Shown here piece by piece: positions 18,159 through 26,410 of a stretch of 64,000 bases of DNA; positions within the stretch are counted from its first letter, which is position 1, and each line of letters begins with the position of its first letter. Source of the DNA: Egibacteraceae bacterium (GTDB taxonomy: Bacteria > Actinomycetota > Nitriliruptoria > Euzebyales > Egibacteraceae); NCBI GenBank assembly GCA_050743625.1, contig JBOGED010000195.1:1643-65642 (forward strand), read 5' to 3'. The position numbers and the translations under genes were made by a program. The notes under the pieces were generated by a model. It saw only the letters and a list, made by a program, of their open reading frames with translations, was not told where the DNA came from and did no database searches.

Positions 18159-20860
18159 GCCGTGGCTCCCGCGACGGTCACGGGCTCGGCCATCCACATG
18201 CGCGGGCCTGGATGCTCGAGCCGCATCAGGAACGCGAGCACTCCGGCGAGCCCGACACCGTAGTCGGCGACGACTGTCACCCGCGACTCGTCGGGGATGA
18301 CGATCCTGCCCTCACGGAGCGCGTGGCAGGCGAACATCGGCGCGACGAGCTCGGTTGCCCAGTCCCGGTAGCGCGGCTCGTCCAGAGCCTCCGCCAGGTC
18401 CAGCAGGAACTCGCCGTTGCCGGCCAGCCCGTGACAGGACGCGGGGGAGGCCAGCCACCGCGTGCGGCGTACCGCCATACTCGCCATCTCGGCCAGCTCC
18501 CGGTGGCGCTCGTCGCCGGTGACCCGCCAGAGGCGGAGCAAGAAGGAGCCGACGCCGGACGAGCCGTGGCACCAGTGCACGAAGCGGCTGTCCTCGTCTG
18601 CTGGGCCTTCGCTCCAGGTCGCGATGCCGCCGTCGCGCTGGGCGGCCGCGCAGAGCGTCTCGCCGGCCTCCTTGGCGATCTCGACGCAGTCGTCGCGGCC
18701 AAAGGCGAGGCCGGCAGCCAGCAGGAACCAGGCGATGCCGGCGACCCCATGCGCGAAGCCGTAATAGGTCTGGCCGGTGAGGGCTGAGTCGAACGAGGCG
18801 GGGATCGGCCAGGCCACTCCGGTCGGGCCGTATTCGGCCGTCTTGAGCAGGCCGTCGGCGCAGCGCTCCACGCGCTCTGGAAGCTCGGCGTCCCCTGTCG
18901 CTCGCCAGAGATACAGCTGGGTGAGGCCCGCGCCGGCCGCGCCATGCGTGATGTCTGGGTTTGGCCAGGTCACCGGGACGCGTTTGGCGAGCGCGAGCGC
19001 CCGAGCCGCCATCTCGAGGTCGTTGAGCGCTTCGGCGGCGTCGTAGAGCGCCCACGCCGTCCCCGACCGGCCGAAGTACAAGCCGGGCAAGAGGCGCGGC
19101 TCCGCGGCCATCCGCCGCTCGATCCAGGCGCAGGCTGTCCGTAGCGGATCGTGCCAGCGCTCGCCGCCGTGGCGGCTCGCCGCCTGAGCCAGCACGGCGA
19201 CGACACCGGCGGCGCCGTGCTGGACCGCGCAGGGATCGGTGGCCGCGCCGAAGGGGGTCGACGGCCACAGGCGGGACTTCTCAGGGGTCATCGAGGAGAT
19301 CAGGTGCGCGAGGCCGTCCTCGATGAGGCGCTGGTGATCGGGAAGCGACGTGGTTGGCCGCGTCACGGGCCGGAGTGCGCGCTCCTCCGCGTCGAGGAAC
19401 GCGGTGACGCGCTCCAGGCTCCAGCGGCGCTCGGGCGCCTCGTCCATCAAGCCGATGATCAGCGGCCGCAGGCGCCTGGCGGCCTCGCAGTCGGCGGCCA
19501 TCGCCGTCAACCAGCCATCGAGGCGACCCTGTGTGGACCGCACCGCGAGGGAATCCTCGGGCAGAGCGGGGTCGCTGCCGGTCGCGAGGAGGAAGCTGAT
19601 GGCCCCCAGGCTGTACAGGTCCGCCTCCTTGGCGGCAGGAGATCCCGCCAGCTGCTCGGGCGCCGCATACGCGCGCGTCCCGGCCCGTGTCCCCTCGGCC
19701 CCGAACGGCGCGGCCAGCTCGAGATCGACGATCCGGATCTCGCCATCAGGCGTGATCATGATGTTGTTCGGCGTCAGGTCGCGAAGCGCGACTCCCGCCG
19801 CACGTACCCGAGCGAGCGCGCGCGCGAGCTGGCGGATCATCTTTGCGGCCGCCAACCACGGGAGGCCAGGTCCATCCTCGGTATGGTCGGCGACCCAGTC
19901 CCGCAAGCCATCCCCGTCGACGAGCTCTGAGACAAGGAATACATGCCCACCCTGCTCGAGCAGCCTGATCGGGCGCGGGGTGATCCGCAGCGGCAGGAGC
20001 AGCAGGAGCATCTCGGCCTCGTGCCGCAACGCGTCGCGGACGTCCCTGCCGTGCTCGTCCGCCTGGACGTGAGGTCTGGCCTCCTTCACGATCACGTCAG
20101 CATCGGTCGCCGTATCCGTGGCGCGATACACGCCGCCCTTATTCGCGTGGCGGATCGCCTCGCGGACGATGAAGCGATCCCCGAGCAGCACCGACCGTGG
20201 CCGGCTGGGTCCCGTGGCCGGCGTCTCGGCGTCCTCTCCGACCGGGGGGACGACACCAGCGGGTGGGTTGAACCACGCGTCCCGCCGGTCCTCGACGAGG
20301 GCGCCGCCCGGCCCGATGATCATCGGCCGGTAGTAGCCGTCGTTGGTCAGGACCGCCGTCCCGGCAAAGGCTCCATACCGGTAGTGCACAAGGCTGCCCG
20401 GTCGGTACGGGCGGTCAGAGAGAATGGCGGGGCCCGCAAGCCCGGCGGTCACGGCATCGAGCTCGGCCGCCAGGCGACGGAAGTGGTCGTCGTCGTCGGG
20501 GTAGGCGGTCAGGAACTTCCCCGCGCCCCCACGGTGGTAATGCGTCGAGTTCAGGATCCCCGCCTGCTCCCGGCTCTTCGCGAACTTGAACGCGCACCCG
20601 CTGGCCGTCAGCACGCCCACCGCCCTGGTGAGCACCGCTCCCGCCGAGGCGCGGGTCGCCGACACGTGCAGCTTCCAACCTTGGTCGCGCTCCTGGTACC
20701 GGGGCGGCCGTACATGGCACCAGAGCTCGTCCAGCCAGACGTCCCAGCCTCGCGCCCCTTCTTGGTCCATCCCGGCGCGAAGTAGATCAATGAGTGAAGA
20801 ATCATTCATATCGTCGCGCTTAGGCTCAAATAATGGCGCAACAAAATCGACATTGTTCAA
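18155..20860 (-). CDS. Class IV lanthipeptide synthetase (LanL: lyase-kinase-LanC cyclase)
   Basis: 901 aa. N-terminal OspF-like lyase motif QGWKLHVSA. Ser/Thr kinase core (VIVKEARPH, DLTPNNIMI, DLELAA). The C-terminal LanC-like domain retains the zinc ligand motifs GFAHGVAG, WCHGSSG and CHGLAGNGE, which indicates class IV rather than class III. Confidence 0.9.
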   Translation of the reverse strand: MNNVDFVAPLFEPKRDDMNDSSLIDLLRAGMDQEGARGWDVWLDELWCHVRPPRYQERDQGWKLHVSATRASAGAVLTRAVGVLTASGCAFKFAKSREQAGILNSTHYHRGGAGKFLTAYPDDDDHFRRLAAELDAVTAGLAGPAILSDRPYRPGSLVHYRYGAFAGTAVLTNDGYYRPMIIGPGGALVEDRRDAWFNPPAGVVPPVGEDAETPATGPSRPRSVLLGDRFIVREAIRHANKGGVYRATDTATDADVIVKEARPHVQADEHGRDVRDALRHEAEMLLLLLPLRITPRPIRLLEQGGHVFLVSELVDGDGLRDWVADHTEDGPGLPWLAAAKMIRQLARALARVRAAGVALRDLTPNNIMITPDGEIRIVDLELAAPFGAEGTRAGTRAYAAPEQLAGSPAAKEADLYSLGAISFLLATGSDPALPEDSLAVRSTQGRLDGWLTAMAADCEAARRLRPLIIGLMDEAPERRWSLERVTAFLDAEERALRPVTRPTTSLPDHQRLIEDGLAHLISSMTPEKSRLWPSTPFGAATDPCAVQHGAAGVVAVLAQAASRHGGERWHDPLRTACAWIERRMAAEPRLLPGLYFGRSGTAWALYDAAEALNDLEMAARALALAKRVPVTWPNPDITHGAAGAGLTQLYLWRATGDAELPERVERCADGLLKTAEYGPTGVAWPIPASFDSALTGQTYYGFAHGVAGIAWFLLAAGLAFGRDDCVEIAKEAGETLCAAAQRDGGIATWSEGPADEDSRFVHWCHGSSGVGSFLLRLWRVTGDERHRELAEMASMAVRRTRWLASPASCHGLAGNGEFLLDLAEALDEPRYRDWATELVAPMFACHALREGRIVIPDESRVTVVADYGVGLAGVLAFLMRLEHPGPRMWMAEPVTVAGATA

Positions 20861-21647
20861 CTAATCCCCCAGATGACTGAAGCCACCGTAGGCGCGTGAA
20901 GTCGGCGACGCCTACTTAGGAATCCGTGAATGCACGCGAGCCGCGTACGTTCCCCGCCTGTAAACTAACCCTTAGTTAGTCAGGAATCCTTGTATTGCCC
21001 GGTGGGGGCCAATACGCCTTCCATGTTCCCGCCTTCCTTCTCATCCCGCTCATGGAAGTTGTAGCCCTCCTGTTCACTCTCCGCAAGGCTATTTTCTCTT
21101 CGGTGCCGCCCGTGAGGACAGCACTACCTAGAGCTGATATGCTTCGCAGCCTTTCATCCCCTTTCTCGGTATCGCCCGAATTATCTTAGTCAAACAGGCA
21201 AGATCGTTGGTCCGGTAATTCCTATACAAGATGATTACTGACCGTAATCTAACTGATACGGCGACGCCGTTATCGGGACACGAAATTGTGCGCCGGATGA
21301 TGGCTGACTCGGAGACTTCGCCACGGATCGACTGGATAGGGATGAGGTGAGCGTTGGCCAGATATGCGACAGATACCCTGTGAGGTTTGCGATAATGGCG
21401 CTTGGAACAACGTCAACTTCTGAGCTGGAGTGCATCTGTCGGGTAAAAGCATGACACAATCTGTATACCGGCTGCCCCAGGCCAAGCTGGTGGTCCGTCG
21501 CCGAGGTCCTTTCAATGGCGGGGCGCGATCTGCGCCCCGCTCGCTTGTGCGGGAGGAGCGACGCGTATCCGCTGAGAACGCTGAGCGACGAGCAACGCCG
21601 CGAGGCCCGGGCGTGGGATGCGCATTCCGACGTGAAAGGAACTTAAG

Positions 21648-21842
21648 TGGTCGCGCGGATAGGCCGTGACCGGCTGTGCGGCATGGAACCGCAGCTTTCC
21701 TCCGCATGCGAAGGAAAGCTGCGGTCTTGTTCCCGCGGCGCGCGTTGAACCCGCAGAAATCCTCCGTATACGGAGGAAAGCTGCAGTGTGACCATGCATC
21801 TGCTCTCTGTCTGCGCGCTGAGGGCCGGGCGCCTATCCGCGC
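21648..21842. repeat. MITE-like element: 14-bp terminal inverted repeats enclosing two family C hairpins
   Basis: TCGCGCGGATAGGC (21648-21661) is matched by its exact reverse complement at 21829-21842. Inside lie CCGCAGCTTTCCTCCGcatgCGAAGGAAAGCTGCGG (21689-21724) and CCGCAGAAATCCTCCGTATACGGAGGAAAGCTGCAGTGTGACC (21751-21793). Confidence 0.6.
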
Positions 21843-21849
21843 GAGCGGT

Positions 21850-22048
21850 TAGGCGACGGGCCACTGGTCATCCGCGACAGGAAGGGGCCGCTGGCGCACA
21901 CGACCTCGGGGATGTTCATCGCTAACGCCGCCTGGGCCGCCCTTGCCATGCTGGCGCACAACCCGGGCGGTGGAGCCTGCGCTGTGCGTCGGCAAGGGGA
22001 CCGTGCGGACTGCTCTACCTGCGTCTCGTTATTAACTGGTGATCCATA
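21850..22048 (+). pseudogene. Remnant of a transposase C-terminus (IS1380-like)
   Basis: The + frame reads ..RDRKGPLAHTTSGMFIANAAWAALAMLAHNPGGG..stop. The segment F-x-AN-AAW-x-LA-x-LAHN is a motif I associate with IS1380-family transposase C-termini. There is no intact upstream ORF. Confidence 0.35.
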
Positions 22049-22746
22049 GCGGGTTCCTTTTGGCATTCGATTACGCCTGCATCCCGTCGATCGCAGTTCG
22101 ATGCTCAAGGACCTCTTCTACGGATCGCCAGTTAGGAGCGCCCTCGGACCCCCGAGACGACACAGGAGCGGTAGCGCCCCAGCTGTCTTGTCCGACACGA
22201 CTCCGTCCACACCATCCCAGAATTCCGCCGCCAAGAGTTAAGTTATCTTAATATAAATTGCCATCGGTAGGCGGGCGCTCACGGAGGGTGTTATTATATC
22301 GTGCTGCCTTCGGTTAGTGGCTGATGTGGTCACTGGAGCTTCTGCGAAACGAATTCTGTCCCTTTCGGGCGAGGGATGGTAAGCCAGACATTCCAGTTGG
22401 TTAAATGTCGCAAGCTGTCTCGACGTGGTTCAAGGTGGCAATTTTCAGGCCTTGGTGAAATTTATATGGGCAAGATCCTCGTGATGAGGGAGCTTGCCTC
22501 TATGCGGCTAAAAAAATCACTATCTGGGGTTGACTTCCAGGGACTCATCATTACCATCGGGTGACCTGGGGATGAACAACGTGGCCCAGAAGGGCGGCTA
22601 GGAAGTAGTCCGATGGCGTAAAGGCGGCGGCGCATTCTCGAGTGTTTCGGATAAGTCCGACTGTATGTGTCGTCGTGTAGTTGAGGAATCACTTCCAGCT
22701 CCTCCCGACGAGGTGAACTCTGATCACCACTTCGGAGGAATGAGCG

Positions 22747-23253
22747 ATGGCAGGCTTCGATTTTGGCATGTTCACTGCTATGTCACGGGGCAACGGCGCA
22801 GACGATCCTGTGCTGGTCGAGATGCGTAACGACGCCTCCCTGACACGGGCGGCGAGGCGGAGCGCTGAGGGGCGGCGACCGGCGGCCTCTCGTGTGGCAT
22901 CACGCCAAAGGAAGGCGCGGTGGAGGCTCCATGTGTCTGCGGCGCACGCGTCTGCGCAGGCGATGTTTGCTCGATCGCTTCCCCTGCCGGGGGAGGCGCA
23001 TGCGGGCTTCAAGCTTGCGAGTACGAGCGAGCACGTTGCCTCAACCGAAGGTAGGCGACGCTTCGCAGCCATGGGTCTCCACGAGGTGACGAAGAAGTCG
23101 TCCGATGGGGCGAGGCGCCCTACTGGACGGCAGCGGGCCTCGCCGCTCCCCGTATTCTCGCGGACCATCCGTACGCGTGACGCGCGGGAAAGGCTCGTTC
23201 GCTGCCGGTACGGCGCGTTGCTACCGCGGGCTCGTCCCGCATCGGCCTCATAG
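22747..23253 (+). pseudogene. Degenerate stand-alone homologue of the LanL/LanKC N-terminal lyase domain (relic or inactive paralogue)
   Basis: 168 aa. The segment RWRLHVSAAHASAQAMF..GFKLASTSE..RCRYGAL aligns with GWKLHVSATRASAGAVL..AFKFAKSRE..VHYRYGAF of the LanL at 18155..20860. The Lys of GWK is replaced by Arg. The ORF is Arg-rich and has lower GC3 than its neighbours. Confidence 0.4.
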
Positions 23254-23482
23254 ACGTGGCTCACCAGACTGATCTCATCTTTCGAAACTTCGGTCATGTC
23301 TATGTGGACAAAAAGCAAATAAATAGAAAGAAGCGCCCACCCTCCGTTTTTCAAAAAAGATCCGTCAACCCCTTGACTGATATCCAGGCGTCATTTTAAA
23401 TAGCAACCCCGGGTGGCGGAACCGCGTCGAGGTTGGCAGCGGGCGCGCGTCGATAGAGGGACCCAAAGAGAACAGGCATATC

Positions 23483-26098
23483 ATGGATATGCAGTATGAA
23501 ATGTATTGCCTTACGGATCCGATCTTCTACGACTCGCTTATCAATGCGCGGGCAGAGAATCTCGAATTCGAGGTTGCCCGACGCCCAGTACCGCAGGGGT
23601 GGCAGCGCTTTGACAATGATGGCTGGTTGATATACCAAACGGCCGATATGCAACTTCCGTTGCAGGGGTGGAAGATCCACGTTTCGGCATGTATGCACAA
23701 CGCCGAGGAGATTCTCGCCACGGTCTGGGATTACTGTATCGCGCGCGGTATCTCGTTCAAGTTTCTGTGCGGGCGTCATATCCTCTATATGGCTAACTCT
23801 AAATACGCGGGCCGGGGTGGCAGTGGGAAGCTTGTGACGATCTATCCGGTGGACGAGGCTGAGCTGGAATTGGTGCTCAAGGAGGTGGGTGAGCTCCTAG
23901 AAGGCCAGCCGGGTCCTTACATCTTGAGCGATCTGCGCTGGGGCTCGGGACCCCTGTATGTCCGGTACGGGGGCTTCGCCGAGCGGTACCGCCTGTCGGA
24001 GCAAGGGGAGTGGGAACTCGCCATGGAAGACCCCACCGGCGAACTGGTTCCCGATAGACGCGAGCCGACATTCAAGGTTCCGCCGTGGGTGACGCTTCCC
24101 GACTTTCTCGTTCCCCACCTGGCGGCGCGCAACAGCACGACGGTAACGGATCTTCCCTACAATATTGAACGGGCGCTGCACTTCTCCAACGGAGGCGGCC
24201 TGTACCTTGCCCAGGACCGGCGGACGGGCGAGCAGGTCGTGCTCAGGGAAGCACGGCCTCACGCCGGGCTCGCTGCCGACGGGACGGACGCCGTCACCAG
24301 GTTGCAGCACGAACGGGCGATCCTAGAACGACTGGCCGGCCTCGACGTAGCGCCAGGTCTCCGCGACTACTTCATGCTGGGCGAGCATCACTTCCTCGTC
24401 CAGGACTTCGTCCAAGGGCAACCCCTCAATAGAGCCTTCATCGAGCGCTACCCCCTGATCCAGCGCGGAATCGACCAGCGCGTGGTCGCCGAGTACACGG
24501 CGTGGGCGCTGGCTGTCCTCCGTGAGGTCGAGCAGACCATCGCTGCGCTACACGAACGCGGCATTGTCTTCGGAGACCTCCACGTGCTCAACATCATGCT
24601 CCTGCCCGACGATCGCGTCAGGCTCATCGATTTCGAGGTCGCGGCACACGTCCGCGAGGGAGGCCGGCCAAGTCTGGCCAACCCGGCCTTCGCCGCGCCG
24701 CCGGACCGCACCGGTTTCGACATCGACCGGTACGCACTGGCCTGCCTGCGCCTCTTCATGTTCTTGCCCCTGACCTATCTGCTACCGCTCGAGCTGGGCA
24801 AGGCAGAGCATCTCGCCGAGGAGATCGCCGAGCGTTTTCCGGTCACTCGCGAGTTCCTGGAAGAGGCGCTGCAAGTGATCATCGGCACGAAAGAACGGCA
24901 GGAGACAGACGCCGGGACAGGATCGGGGAGCGCGCTCCGTCACCTGCCGCTGCCCAGCCCAGGCCGCTCCGGCTGGGAGCGTACACGTGAGTCCATGACT
25001 CAAGCCATCCTGACCAGCGCAACGCCGGACCGTGACGATCGCCTCTTCCCGGGAGACATCGAGCAGTTCAACTCGGGTGGTCTCAACGTCGCCTATGGCG
25101 CAGCAGGAGTGTTGTATGCGCTGTCCGTGACCGGGGCGGGCCGTTACCCGGAGCACGAGGAGTGGCTCACGCGACAGGTTATGCGCTTGGACCAGAAGGC
25201 CCGTCTGGGCTTCTACGATGGGCTTCACGGCGTGGCCTACGTCCTAGCCCATCTCGGGTATCGAGGCGAAGCCCTGAGGGTCCTCGACATGTGCCTGGCC
25301 GAGAAGTGGGAGAGGCTAGGCCTCGACCTCTTCGCAGGTCTCGCTGGTGTCGGCCTGAACGTGGCGCACCTTGCCGCAGTGACTGGTGACGCGTCGCTGC
25401 GAGACACCGCGCTTCGGGCGGCGGACATGATTGCGGACCGGTTGGGCGACGAGGACAGTGTCCCGACCGTCAGCGGCGGCGATCACCCCTACGCCGGGCT
25501 CATGCGCGGATCTTCCGGACCCGGCCTCCTGTTCGTCCGCTTGTACGAACTCACCGGCGACAGCGGCTTCCTGGACCTCGCCGCGACGGCGTTGCGCCAA
25601 GACCTCCGGCGCTGTATGACCCACGAGGATGGGGGCATGGAGGTCAACGAAGGCTGGCGGACTATGCCCTACCTCGCGACCGGCAGCGTGGGCATTGGGT
25701 TGGTACTGGACGACTATCTCGTTCACCGCCAAGATGAGCGGTTCGCGGATGCCAGCGCCGCGATCCGGGGAGCTGCCGAGTACGACTACTACGCCGAGTC
25801 GCAAGTCTTTGACGGCCGTGCAGGCATCATCCTCTACCTCAGTCGTTCGCACCGCGTCGGTGCGGCCGCGAAGGACCCGCTCGTGGCCGACCACGTACGC
25901 CGTCTCGCGTGGCATGCCATGCCCTACCAGGGCTATCTGGCCTTCCCAGGCGAGCAGCTGCTTCGGCTATCCATGGATCTCGCCACGGGCACGGCCGGGG
26001 TCCTCCTCGCCCTAGGCGCTGCACTGCACGACGAGCCCGTGGGCCTGCCATTCCTCAATCCCCGGCAGCCTTCGAGTTTCTCGCGGTCATCTTCATGA
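23483..26098 (+). CDS. ramC: Class III lanthipeptide synthetase (LanKC; RamC/AmfT-like)
   Basis: 871 aa. Lyase motif QGWKIHVSA. Kinase core (VVLREARPHAG, DLHVLNIML, DFEVAA). The C-terminal LanC-like repeats lack the Cys/His zinc ligands: LMRGSSG replaces WCHGSSG and LATGSVG replaces CHGLAG. Confidence 0.9.
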   Translation: MDMQYEMYCLTDPIFYDSLINARAENLEFEVARRPVPQGWQRFDNDGWLIYQTADMQLPLQGWKIHVSACMHNAEEILATVWDYCIARGISFKFLCGRHILYMANSKYAGRGGSGKLVTIYPVDEAELELVLKEVGELLEGQPGPYILSDLRWGSGPLYVRYGGFAERYRLSEQGEWELAMEDPTGELVPDRREPTFKVPPWVTLPDFLVPHLAARNSTTVTDLPYNIERALHFSNGGGLYLAQDRRTGEQVVLREARPHAGLAADGTDAVTRLQHERAILERLAGLDVAPGLRDYFMLGEHHFLVQDFVQGQPLNRAFIERYPLIQRGIDQRVVAEYTAWALAVLREVEQTIAALHERGIVFGDLHVLNIMLLPDDRVRLIDFEVAAHVREGGRPSLANPAFAAPPDRTGFDIDRYALACLRLFMFLPLTYLLPLELGKAEHLAEEIAERFPVTREFLEEALQVIIGTKERQETDAGTGSGSALRHLPLPSPGRSGWERTRESMTQAILTSATPDRDDRLFPGDIEQFNSGGLNVAYGAAGVLYALSVTGAGRYPEHEEWLTRQVMRLDQKARLGFYDGLHGVAYVLAHLGYRGEALRVLDMCLAEKWERLGLDLFAGLAGVGLNVAHLAAVTGDASLRDTALRAADMIADRLGDEDSVPTVSGGDHPYAGLMRGSSGPGLLFVRLYELTGDSGFLDLAATALRQDLRRCMTHEDGGMEVNEGWRTMPYLATGSVGIGLVLDDYLVHRQDERFADASAAIRGAAEYDYYAESQVFDGRAGIILYLSRSHRVGAAAKDPLVADHVRRLAWHAMPYQGYLAFPGEQLLRLSMDLATGTAGVLLALGAALHDEPVGLPFLNPRQPSSFSRSSS

Positions 26099-26137
26099 TC
26101 CGAAACTCACCCAGCAACCAAGGAAGGAGGTGAACAG

Positions 26138-26266
26138 ATGGCCCTTCTCGATCTTCAAGGAATGGAACTGCCCGTCGAGGCGAAGGATGCACTCGCCGGC
26201 AAGAGCAGCAGAAGCAAGCACAGCTGCGGCCCGAGCGTGCTCAGCATCACGATTATTTGCCTGTGA
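26138..26266 (+). CDS. ramS: Class III lanthipeptide precursor, SapB/AmfS-like (not in the ORF track, 42 aa)
   Basis: MALLDLQGMELPVEAKDALAGKSSRSKHSCGPSVLSITIICL. The class III leader motif LLDLQ is present. The core carries SxxSxxxC (S23-S26-C30) and SxxSxxxxC (S33-S36-C41). The RBS GGAAGGAGGTGAACA lies 1 nt before the ATG. The gene lies directly after the LanKC and before two ABC genes, matching ramCSAB order. Confidence 0.85.
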   Translation: MALLDLQGMELPVEAKDALAGKSSRSKHSCGPSVLSITIICL

Positions 26267-26367
26267 CGCTGACCACAATCACGATGCGGAGATGATGGAC
26301 GTCTCTGCGACAACCAGCATGGCGTAGCAGCGTCTCCTAGAGAGACAACGCAGGCTATAGCGGTTGC

Positions 26368-26407
26368 GGTCTCGGGCGGGCGGGATGCAGCCCGTTCGTC
26401 CGAGACC
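26368..26407 (+). terminator. Imperfect hairpin downstream of the class III precursor
   Basis: GGTCTCGG-g-CGGGC-gggatgca-GCCCG-ttcgt-CCGAGACC. There is no clear U-tract. It may act as an attenuator between ramS and the transporter genes. Confidence 0.3.
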
Positions 26408-26410
26408 ATT

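Noticed and set aside
16482-18263. 593-aa plus-strand ORF, together with many other long ORFs antisense to or overlapping the called genes. Examples: 997..1932, 13037..14431, 13582..14673, 19151..20785, 27233..28228, 29592..31151, 33506..34426, 46422..47429, 47720..48763, 49924..51090, 51098..52252, 62890..63645.
   Set aside because: These are typical shadow ORFs of a 70% GC genome. They are Arg/Pro/Gly-rich low-complexity translations with no recognisable motifs, whereas the opposite or alternative frame carries clear catalytic signatures.
22689-23354. 221-aa minus-strand ORF in the synthetase spacer.
   Set aside because: It is antisense to the lyase-domain-like ORF. Its translation has no motif I recognise. 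The plus frame shows the WxLHVSA...FK(F/L)A...RYGA collinearity with both synthetases. Neither may be expressed.
26130-26327. 65-aa track ORF overlapping the class III precursor region.
   Set aside because: It is in a different frame from the 42-aa ORF. The 42-aa ORF has the strong RBS, the LLDLQ leader and the SxxSxxxC core. The 65-aa translation has no RiPP features.
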